From Squalus acanthias (taxonomy: Eukaryota): DNA of 64,000 bases. This document shows, piece after piece, positions 25,301 to 37,300 of this stretch. How positions within the stretch are numbered: the stretch's first letter is position 1; every line of letters begins with the position of its first letter. The notes beneath the pieces are model-generated. The model was not told the DNA's origin. It searched no databases and worked only from the letters and a program-made list of their open reading frames with translations. Made by a program: the position numbers and the translations under genes. The stretch lies in assembly GCA_030390025.1 (NCBI GenBank), contig CM059443.1:25296001-25360000 (forward strand), written 5' to 3'.

Positions 25301-28300
25301 GCCCCTCATAATTTTGTACACCTTAATCAGGTCCCCCCTCAGCCTTCTCTGCTCTAAGGAAAACAACCCCAGCCTGTCCAGTCTCTCTTCATAGCTGAAG
25401 CGCTGCAGCCCAGGTAACATCCTGGTGAATCTCCTCTGCACCCTCTCCAATGCAATCACATCCTTCTAGAGTGTGGCGACCAGAACTGCACACAGTATTC
25501 CAGCTGTGGCCTAACTAGCGTTTTGTACAGCTCCATCATAACCTCCCTGCTCTTATATTCTATGTCTCGGCTAATGAAGGCAAGTATCCCATATGCCTTT
25601 TTAACCACCTTATCTACCTGTCCTGCTGCCTTCAGGGATCTATGTACATTCACACCAAGGTCCCTCTGATCCTCCGTCCTTCCTAGGGTCCTACCATTCA
25701 TTGTGTATTCCCTTGCCTTGTTAGTCCTCCCAAAATGCATCACCTCACACTTTTCAGGGTTAAATTCCATTTGCCACTGTTCTGCCCATCTGACCAACCC
25801 ATCTATATCGTCCTGTAGCCTGAGGCTTCCCTCCTCACTATTTACCACCCCACCAATTTTCGTGTCATCTGCGAACTTACTGATCATACCTCCTACATTC
25901 ATATCTAAATCATTAATGTACACTACAAACAGCAAAGGACCCAGCACCGATCCCTGCGGTACACCACTGGACACAGGCTTCCAGTCACAAAAACAACCTT
26001 CGACCATCACCCTCTGCCTCCTGCCACTAAGCCAATTTTGGATCCAATGTGCCAAGTTGCCCTGGATCCCATGGGCTCTTACCTTCTTGACCAGTCTCCT
26101 ATGCAGGACTTTGTCAAAAGCCTTACTGAAGTCCATGTAGACCACATCAACTGCACTACCCTCATCCACACACCTAGTCACCCCCTCGAAAAATTCAATC
26201 AAATTGGTCAGACATGATCTCCCCCTGACAAAGCCAGGCTGACTTGTTTTTTCCTCTATATTTGGCTGTGCATCACCCCCTACTATAGCTCCACTCCATA
26301 TCCCATCCCCCTGCCAAGTTAGTTTAAACCCCCCCAACAGTACTAGCAAATCTCCCCGCAAGGATGTTGGTCCCGTTCCGTTTCAGGTGCAACCCGTCCG
26401 ACTTGTACAGGTCCCACCTTCCCCAGAAGCAGACCCAGTGATCCAGGAAACTAAAGCCCTCCCTCCTGCACCAACTCTTTAGCCACGCATTCATCTGCTC
26501 TATCCTCCTATTCCTATACTCACTGGCACGTGGCACCGGGAGTAATCCAGAGATTACAACCTTTGAGGTCCTGCTTTTTAATCTGCTACCTAGCTCCCTA
26601 AATTCTTGTTGCAGGACTTCATCCCTCTTTCTACCCATGTCGTTGGTACCAATGTGAACCACGACCTCTGACTGTTCGCCCTCCCCCTTCAGAATGCCCT
26701 GCAGCCGTTCAGTGACATCTTTGACCCTGGCACCAGGGAGGCAACATACCATCCTGGAGTCATGTCTGCGGCCACAGAAACGTCTATCTGTTCCCCTTAC
26801 GATAGAATCCCCTATCACTATTGCTCTCCCACTCTTTTTTCCTCCCCTCCTGTGCAGCTGAGCCACTCGTAGTGCCACGGACTTGGCTCTTGCTGCATTC
26901 CCCTGAGAAACCATCTCCCCCATCAGTATCCAAAACGGAAAATCTGTTGGAGAGGGAGATGGACCCAGGGGACTTCTGCACTACCTTCCTAGTTCTTTTA
27001 CTCTGTCTGGCGGTCACCCATTCCCTGTCTGCCTGTGCACTCTTTACCTGCGGTGTGACCACCTTGTTAAACGTGCTATCCACGAAGATCTCAGCTTCGC
27101 GGATGCTCCACAGTGACTCCAGCCGCAGCTCCAGCTCCGAAACGCGGATTTCGAGTAGCTGCAGCTGGAGACACTTCCTGCACATGTGTTCGCCCTGGAC
27201 ACCTAAAGTGTCCCTGACTTCCAACATAGCACAGGAGGAGCACTCCACGCTGCCGAGCTGCCTTGCCATGTCCTACCCTTAATTTACTCCCTTTAAATTA
27301 AAGAATATTAAATACACTAGGGACCTTACTTCCTTTTTGAAACTTTTTGCTCATTGCAGTCTGTTAAATGTTCACTATCTGTAGCTGCTCAAAGGTTTTA
27401 TTTTTCCTGCAATTAATTATTAGATTTTTTGCTGTGAGTTAATGCTTACAGCCATAGAATCAACACTGCTATAGGACAAAGCATGATATGACAATTGCAT
27501 AGATCTGCATTCTGGCAAACAGCCTTTCAAATAATCAGTTTTGCCTTAAAAAAATTCATTCTCGGGGTGTGGCCGTCGCTAGCAAGGCGGGCATTTATTG
27601 CTCATCCCTAGTTGCCCTCAAGAATGTGATGGTGGGACTTCTTGAACTGCTGCAGTCCATGCGGTGAAGGAACTCCCACAATGCTGTTACGTTCAGAGTT
27701 CCAGAATTTGACCCAGCAACAATGAAGGAACGGCAATATATGTCCAAGTCAGGTTGGTGTGTGACTTGGAGGGGAGCTTTGGGGTGACGGTGTTCCCATG
27801 CACTTGCTACCTTTGTCCTCCTGGGTGGTGGTGGTTGCAGGTTTGGAACGTGCTGCCAAAGAAGCCTTGGCGAGTTGCTGCCGTGCATACTGTAGACAGT
27901 ACACACTGCAGCCACAGTACGCCAATGGCAGAGGAAGTGGATGTTTAAGCCAGTGGATGGGGTGCCGATCAAGCGGATAGTGTCGAGATTCTTGAGTGTT
28001 GTTGGAGCTGCACCCATCGAGACAAGTGGAGACTATTCCATAACACTCCTGACTTGTCCCTCGTAGGTGTTAAGAGAGACTTCTGGGAGTCAGGAGGTGA
28101 GCTACTCGTCACAGAACACCCAACTTCTGACCTGCTCTAGTAGCCACATTTATGTGGCTGGTCCAGTTCAGTTTCTGGTCAATGGTGACACCCAGGATGT
28201 TGATGGCGGGGGACTCGGGGATGGTAATGCCATTGAATGTCATGGGGAGGTGGTTGGAGATGGTCATTGCCTGACACTCGTGTGACGCGAATGTTACTTG

Positions 28301-31300
28301 CCAGTTATCAGCCAGAGCCTGGATGTTGTCCGGGTCTTGTTGCATGCGGGCATGGACTGCTTCATTGTCTGAGGAAAGTGAATGGAGCTGAACACTGTGC
28401 AATCATCAGCGAACGGCCTAATTTCTAATCTTATGATGGGAGAGGAGGTGGGGGGGGCGAGGTCATTGATGAAGTAGCTGAAGATAGTTGGGCCTAGGAT
28501 ACAGCCCTATGCCTAGAGATAATCATCACATGTAACTGAAATGGTAAAGATTTTTTTTTAATGTTTTATTTATAGAACTCTTTCAGTTACACCATATGCT
28601 AACCAGCTAACAGAGAAAGAGAGAGATGGAGTACAATACAAAATCATGGTTCTCAAACTAATAAATACCATTTATAAGACATGCATAACAATAATTTACC
28701 TTATAGAGAACTACTTGTCCATCCTGTGGGTGTCCTGGTGTAAGGAATACCTCTTGACGTTCCTCATATATCTCTTCTACTCCAGGAGCTAGATCTGATG
28801 AAATATAAGAGACACAATCAATAAAAGTAACCCTGTGTGTTCAGTGCACCAAGTCTAAGAACCAAATCAAGGCAATGTATGATCAACTAATGCTACCTTA
28901 ATCTCCAACATTCCTATGCAAATACTTAAGTTCTGACTGTAGCTGAATAGTAACGGCAAAGAGAACACAGGCCGAAAATTTGGACTTGCACCCAAAGTCG
29001 GCGAAGTGATTGCTTTATGCATTGGTCCCTGCCAGCTGGAGGCCTGACTGAAATTTGGCATGGGGCCTCATATAAATTAACCAGGTGAGCTGCGGAGGGC
29101 AATTGGGCGTCCCGATGTAGCTCGCCTGTCGGTGCCTGGCCAATTCCATCCGCCGGTCCGCAGAAACGTCCTGGGAGAGCAGGGGAGAGGAAAGGGGTGG
29201 TCCCAGGCTGGCAGCGGCCTTCTGTACTTTTGTGGAGCACTCCTGCTCTGCCTGGCGCCACAGGAATTTAACTTTTAAAAGGTTTTCTTGCCATATCTTG
29301 ATTGGCCTCCAGCAGTCCCTTTAAAGACCGCTGGTTCGGCTGCTCATGACCCAGTACAACTAAGCAGAGCTTGCACGTTGCAAACTCTGCCCATTTGTAC
29401 ATCAATTTCAATCGTGGTCCTACAACCGGCATTAGGAGCCCAATTTGCTTAATCAAGGCGTCTAACACCTATATTAGGTAGGCTCTCTGGACATCCCAAA
29501 TATGATCGGCTTCTAATTTGATGGCTGGCACAATCATCTTTTTGTTGCTTGCAGTTGAATATTTTCTGAATTCCACTGTTCTTTGCCATACATTGGGTTT
29601 ATATTGTGAAAGCTCATTTTCCTATTTATTTCAAAAACTGTAATAAGGTCCGTGAGGCATTGTTGCTTTCGTGAGTCCCGATCACCTATGGCTCACACAT
29701 ATGCCATCACTTTCACAACATAACTGTGACTTAAACAAGCAGCATCAAATTAGGCATGTGCAACATTTGTGTGTGAAATACATCTACTGCATTTTTCTAA
29801 CTAGTCACAATATTATGTAGATATAAGATATGAGAAAAGGTGGAAAATCTTGGCTAACACTCTGCTGTTAATGAGCCACTTGGCCGTACCTAGAATTCCC
29901 ATGTCATATTTTCCATCTTTTTTGTCCTTCTCAATGAGATAATCAAATGTGTCTGTGAAATACTGAAAAAGTGCATTTTGTTTGTGAACCTCGAGTCCAA
30001 GAATCCGATTCAGGAATTTTGTGATGCTGCAGTCTGAAACAAAAAAGCAACAAAAGTCACATTAAATTACTTCTGTTTTAGGTTATTTATCACCCTTTTT
30101 TAACTAATCAAGTATGGAGCAAGCCTCTTTAATGAATTGGTCCATGTTAGGGTGCCAAATCTCCCGGATTGTCCGGGAGCCTCCCAGAATTGAGGATTGA
30201 TCTCCTGGGCACTGTTGCAAGCAGCCTGGGAGAAAATAGGGAAGTAGAGAGGAGGTGGAGCTTTGACGGGCGAGCGTGAAGGCCAGTCCCTGGCAGCGCC
30301 AGTGTGGCAATTATCCAGCAAAATTGAAGCTCAACGTAATCAAGTGGCGTGGGCACTATGTGCTCCACTTAACGACTGTGGAAGATCCATGAAACTTTCA
30401 TGCAAGGTGCTTAATGGTGTCAGTAATTCGGCCTGGATTGAAAGACTCCAGCATGGCTGGTATACACGGGAAGCGTGTCATTTTTCATTGGAGTGTGAAA
30501 TAGCATTTAACTCCCAGGATTGCCAACCCTTCTGGATTACAGGTGCTGCCTGACATGCTGAGTGTTTCCAGCATTTTCTGCTTTTGTTTGGGATTATAAA
30601 GAATTAAGCACCTTTGACTTCTCGGAGGTGGTGGGGGAATCAGAGAGTGCACCTATCAGGGGTGGCAGGGAACCATTCATGGGGGCACGCGGGAAAATTT
30701 CCCGATACCGAGTCCGCTCCTGCCACTTAGTAAAATTTTTTTTTGATAGGCTTACAGGGAGCAAAGAAACTCAACTACAGGGACCCGACCCATTATAAGA
30801 TAAATGCAATTAACAGTTGTAAACTGCGATCGAGCACCATGTGATCAAACCTCCGTGAATATTTCCAACCAGAGTTGGCAATCCGAGCCCGTGTTGATCT
30901 GATTTGTTCAGTTTAGCCACGGATTGTCAAAGGACTCCTGATTCCAAATCCTAAAGCACCCATGTAAGTGCTCATAGTGTTTAAATCAGTAAGCCAAATA
31001 ACCTCAGGTATATATTTAGGCATACACTGAGAGTGGGCCAACTGCAGCTTACTGGCTATAAAGACCTCAAACTCCGGAAGAACTACTGTGCATCATTTCA
31101 TTAGCATCAAAAACAGCAAAATGATTTCAGAAACATTCAAAGCGTGGCTAATTTATCTGTATTTCTTGCAACTAATGTCAGTTTAAGTTAAAAAAAAGTG
31201 CCAATAAACCAATATTCCATTCACTACAATCAACAAGGACAACCATTACTTTTAATGCACTTTGCTTGGGAACACTAGTGTTGTTCAGTTTACGTGACAG

Positions 31301-34300
31301 TCCAGACGATCTGTGGCCATTATAAGTGGAAGAAACAGTATCAACATTGTTGGCGCTTTCTCAGTGAATTCCATAACCAAACTAGTTTATATCAATTCAT
31401 ATTCAAAACTATTACAGATATTTGAGATGATGCTGGAACATAATAGGGCCGATTTTAACCAGGCAGAAATACGGGTAGATGGCGGTGGAGTGCGTTTGCA
31501 GCAGCCCGTTATGGCCAATGTGAGGCCTGAGCCATTTTCAGGCCCAGGCCTCATTTACGTGCCGCAAGTGAGTTGCAGGCACCAAGTGGACACCCTGCTT
31601 CGGCTCACCAGTTAGGGGAAGGTGGGAAATCAGCTGGCTCCCACTCTGGGCTGGCCAGCAGTCAGTCGGGGGTGGCGAAGCGATCCTAATAGGGATGGGG
31701 GAGACCGGGGCTGGCAATTGCCTGGGCTGTCTTCTGATCAATCTCCACCGGTCCATTTAAGGGTGCATGCTCAGCCCATTTCTACCTCGAAATTGCAATC
31801 GGAGTCCGATATATCTCTTAGGACCCCAACTCGCATATCCTGCCTGAAACAGGCTGCTCATCGCAGGACCCTACCCAAGATGGTGGTCAGAGCACCTGCG
31901 TAAATGGGGCGGTAAGTACCTCAACGGCATTTTCCGGCTGCCACCGCCCCGTTTACGCCGGATGGAGCGAGTTAAAATCAGACCTAATATTTTTATAATG
32001 TACTGCTTTATTTTTCATGTGTTAACTCCAGTACCTGTCTCCAAACAACTGACAGTGTGGAATAAGGAGCTGAACTGTGAATCAGCTAATTACGGCCAAT
32101 ATTTAATTTCCCCAGTTGAAGCACAATACAGCAGTAAATTATATCCAACATCTTAGTTCAAATCTTATCGCTAAGCACTTTGCATCAGTTCCAGAAGAGG
32201 TCAGAAAGATCTCAAAAATTATGCAGGTGTAATACATATTTTGTTTTCATTTAAGTACTTATATGTTGTGCTAGTGCAGATTTGAAAATCAAATTGACAA
32301 TCGGGTAAAGAAAACATTAAATTCTCACCTTTTTCCACATTTATATATCCGTAACGGTTTTCTTTGCAGAATATCCCAACAGCCATCAGTCCCATCCTCA
32401 TGTCTGCAATACAGATGCTTCTTGTTAGATTTCTTGACTGAATATTATATTCTACAGAACACAGGCTGCTACATACATGCAAAGATAATTTTCCTTAATT
32501 ATTTTACTATACAGAAATTATTCATATGTATTAAATCACATGTTTCAAAATAATGCATTTTAGAACAAAACAAATCACTTACAATTGATTTTAAATATGT
32601 TAATGTACTCTGCATGTTACATGCAAATCATGTTCCGGGTATGAACTAATTTCTTACCATCGATAAAAGCATTGGGACCTCCAATGTAATTTTTTGGTGG
32701 TTGTACTTTATTTTCGACCTGACCTAAGATGGTTTTAATGATTTTATCCAGTGCTCTGGTTCCATACTATGAGAAAAGAAAAATATAATCAGTGAAAAAA
32801 AGATTCAAACATCAATTTATCTCAAATACTAGGTAGTTAGCTAAGCATTTTAACATCATACATTCTACCATACATTACAAAATATTTTTGATATTTGGAT
32901 AATATAAATGAAAACAAAAAAAAACTACCCAATTCTGTAAGTTGTGCAGTTTTTTAAAATAATCGTTTAACTTTCTCTCTCTTAAATCCTCCTGTACCAA
33001 ACCTCAATGATTGTTTGAACAAAGATAATCCAGTCCGAAGCCTTTATAAATGCTGCTTCCAATCTAGACACTAGGAGGTGCATGAGGGCAGCATGAGATT
33101 ACTTTATTTCTGGTCTTCCCTCCTTGCCTGTGAAAAAGTGCTCAGGCTTTGGTAAATGCCTCTCCCTGGGGTCTGACGAAAATGGAGAATATTGCTGTGA
33201 ACTAACATTTTAAGCACAATCCTACATTTTATAGCTCTCTGACACACATTCCTATAAGCTTCATATTAACACCAGGATGTTTAGGTTATTTTCAGATATT
33301 TGCACCTCCAAGGTCAGGTGGCCATTGCCTCCTGATATCCACATCACACAATCATTATTCTTTGTTGCTCGCCTCAGTTAACAATCAGTCCTTTGCCTCA
33401 ATATATGCCAGCCAAGGAAGATACCCCAAGACTGACAATCCGCAGGCTGAGATAGTTGTTACACTGAGATCGTGCCTGCTGGTGCCCTCCAGCAGTAACC
33501 TCAGAACAGTTTGCCAGATCAGTGGGTGGGTACCTTATTTGTATGGAACAGCACTGCATAAACGCCACTTATGATACATCACTTTCTCCTGCCTGCCCAT
33601 GGCAGCTAGAAACTCTTGATTCCCGCCCACCCTTGGGTGGGGTTGCATAATGTTGGAAGGGGGAGTTTGCTAGGGAACTCCAACCCTGGCCATGGTTTCC
33701 ATGATATAAAAGGCTGATCTTTAAAAATACACTTCAAATAAAAGAATCCTTTTCTTCCGGGTTCCAAGCCAATTCCCTGGATACGCTGGGTCCCAACTGA
33801 GCCAAAACAGGAACTCCTGGCATAAGTAGTCCCCACCACTGGCTTTATTTTGCCTTGAAAGGGGTGGAAGGAGGTTACGCCCCTTACAAGGCAAATGGGA
33901 AACTCCACCGTTTTCCGGGGGATCTGGAGTCATGGTGAGAGGCTGGTGGAACTCTCATGGGATTTAAGCCTCATGCTGTATACACTATATAAAATAATGG
34001 ACAGCCAGGTATGAACTACAGATGTGCCTGAATTTAGTTCTTGATTTTTAACGTGTGTGTGTATTTGCGCATGTGGCCTCTCACTTTTGCAAACAGTGCT
34101 CCGAACCAACTCTGGAGCCCATATATATATATCTACATTTCATTTTTGATGAATTCAGAAGAAACTTCTTTACCCAGAGAGTGGTGAGAATGTGGAACTT
34201 GCTACCAGGGAGTGGTTGAAGCAAACAGTATAGATGCATTTAAGGGGTGGTTAGATAAGGGAATAGAGGGTTATGCTGATTGAGTTAGATGAGGAAAGAC

Positions 34301-37300
34301 GGGAGGAGGCTGGAGTGGAGCATTATCGCCGTCATTGACTGGATGGGCCGAATGGCCTGTTTCTGTGCTGTATATCCTATGTAATTGATCGCTTCTTATG
34401 CTACATTTACAGATGTCTGGGTTAAGAAAATAAATTATAACAAGAGAAATGTTAGATACTACCTTGTTATCAAAGTTGTATTTGCTGAGGTCTCTGGATT
34501 CTGTTGCCCTTCGATCACCATGAGTCAAAGCACCCTACAGAAAGAACAAATTTGTAATTCTAAAATGGTAACCAATAAATGTATATTCCAAGCAATTTTA
34601 ATGTTATATTACTTATTTAAATCTAAATCTCTTCACCTCCCGTTTGATCGAATTTGCAGACATTACTCATTTCTGTCCTACTAGTTCAACAGTTTGGCTG
34701 AAGGCTCTAAAACATAGATCAAAACAGCTTTTGTTTTTTTGTAACCAAGGCAAGAAGGACTGTCTCGAGTTGGGTAATTGCACTGCGTGATGTGGTACTG
34801 AGCTATTTAGATCAAAGGAGATCCCAGGATTGATGTCTGGTCTGTGCTGAGTGAGCTGATCTCAGCCACTTCACTGCAATTGGACAAAGTGTACCCAGAT
34901 TGGGAATTTAAAAAAATCAGCAAGGATCCCAGTGACCTCTGCTGGAAAACAAATGTGTAAGGTAGTCTGATGAAGACAGATGTGACGCTGCCCAAAACGG
35001 AATAGACTGCTGATACTCATAGTCACGTGCATGGGCAAGGAGTGGAACTATATCCAGCAGGAGTCAACACTGTCAGGAGAGAAACCTTTGGGTGCAGGGA
35101 AAAGAAAAAGAATGTATCCAATAAACCGTCTCAAGTGATTCTCAAGAATCTTAAGTTTTATGATAAAATAGATCAGGGTTGGGTTGCAAAGGTTGTAGAT
35201 TTTGTAGTTAATATTATGAATAGTCAATTAAAGAAAGGGCACACGGATGTCAAACATAGTCAATCTGGACTACCGATACTGTGATTTGAAAAGTGTAGGA
35301 CTACAATACAATGAGACACAATTAAAAAGATTATAGGGGAACCAAAGACAGTGGTGAACTCATAACTTTCATTGAATCACCCACACTATGCAGATAATAT
35401 CAGTGAACATTTCTCTGCTGTTTTCATCTCTGGCTGGAGTACTCTGTGGTCAATTATGTGGCTGCTTAGATTGCCATAGAATCTTTCTTGTAAGAACTGT
35501 ATGTAAATAAGGTGCCAATGCAGACTCCCAGCTAATTGTCCAGAATGGTGGTCAGAGCGCCTATGTAAATGGAGTTAAAGCTTAAAAAAGCTTTACTTAT
35601 AACAGTAAGTGACCATCTGAATCTTAGGACTGTAATAATAATTACACGTTACACCTTAGTAAGAATAATGAGATTACCAGACTCTCCAAACGCTTAGCAA
35701 CAATAGAGGCAAATCGCCTTTCGCCGGCAAGCTCAGAGATGAGGAATATATATTCTGGAGCTGACACTTGATTTGACCGATGAGTACGACCTGAAAAGAG
35801 AACGAAAATGAAGACACGGAGGAATTGCAATATACAGTAAATCACATTCTAATCTTGGGCTATAATTCTAATCAGAAAATTGCCTAAAAGGCCATCTTAT
35901 GATAGAAAATAACTTTCACTTATACTTGCTAGCTGATGCCAACAGGTTATAGTTTTATGTGAGTAATGTCAGCAGGCAACAGAACAAAGAGGATTGCAGA
36001 AATTATGTCGAGATCAAAAAGCAGAGGCTATTTAATGTTTGACATCAGAAAGTAAAGACAAATATTCTTCCTGATCTACCAAAATAGATCAAAACTTTTC
36101 TAAAACTTTACTTAATTAAGACCAAAGAATAGAAAATAAAACAACTGATTACAATCTTGGGACTATAACTGGTAAACTATTGCCCCTAGTCCCAGAGGTA
36201 ACTATGAGTGTACAATAGCCCTTTACCATGGACATTTTATCACCTATATGACTACCTTCTATAACCCCTGGAGCTATAAGATAAATCAACACCTATAGAT
36301 TATAATCTCTTTTTCAGATATAAAGTGGCACCGTTTTTAACATTATACAAGGAAAAATAACTTTCAATTACTCTGTGCTTATTATTGTTAATAATAGCCG
36401 AGTTTTTGCCAGGACTTACCAAATTGTTGAATAGCTCGATCTGCACTCCAAGGCAATTCCAGGGTCATATGCACTCTTCTTCGTTGGTTCTTTATTCTTT
36501 TATCAGCCTGCAGTGAAATTCCTGAACTGGCTGCTTCAGAGATAATGGCTACAAACTTGACAAATTAGAAAGAATTCATTTTAATTTTAGAAGATGTATC
36601 AACTATTATAGCTGCTCCACAAAAGTAAACATTACCAGACAACATATTGGAGTTTCAACACACTGTATCACAGGATGACGGGGTATGGGTTCGCACTCGA
36701 GATCCCCTACATGATGAGGTGCAAAGTGGAGGCCAGGTGCTTCCCCACAGTGAGGTGGGGTAACAGCAGGGAGAGGTACCCTGGCTGGTCTTGTGTATCT
36801 CCTAGAAGCCAGTTTCCTGTGTTACAGGCAGAGGACTGTCAAATAGTCAGAGGTGGTGGGCGGCAAAGGATGACTGAACTGATTGGTATGGAACAAAACA
36901 ATAACCACCTTAAAAACACTGCTTAACAAAGTAATAAATATATATGGTGCCCATGAGGAAGAGGAAAAAAATGTGATCTAGTATGTAATGTGCTTGTCAA
37001 AAAGTTGTTTTATCTTTTCACTAATGTCTTGAATAGCAGCAATCCTTCATGCACTGCTATTTACACACGTCTACTGGCTAAAATTTCCAGAGGAAAATAT
37101 GGGCCTCGAGATTCGCCTGTTATACGCAGCGCCTGATATTCAGTTCCATTGACTGCAATATCAGGAGCTGCGTATAACGGGGGAGGGGGCCGATCCGATA
37201 CTGCCCGTTTTGCGCCAGTGGGCGAGATGAATTTCTACCCCATGGTCTTGCTGCAGTATCGAGGTTGAGAGCAGGTACTGCTTCAACATGTTGCCCTATG

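Noticed and set aside
26324-26923. Stand-alone SGNH esterase gene
   Set aside because: It is the known esterase domain of CR1 ORF1.
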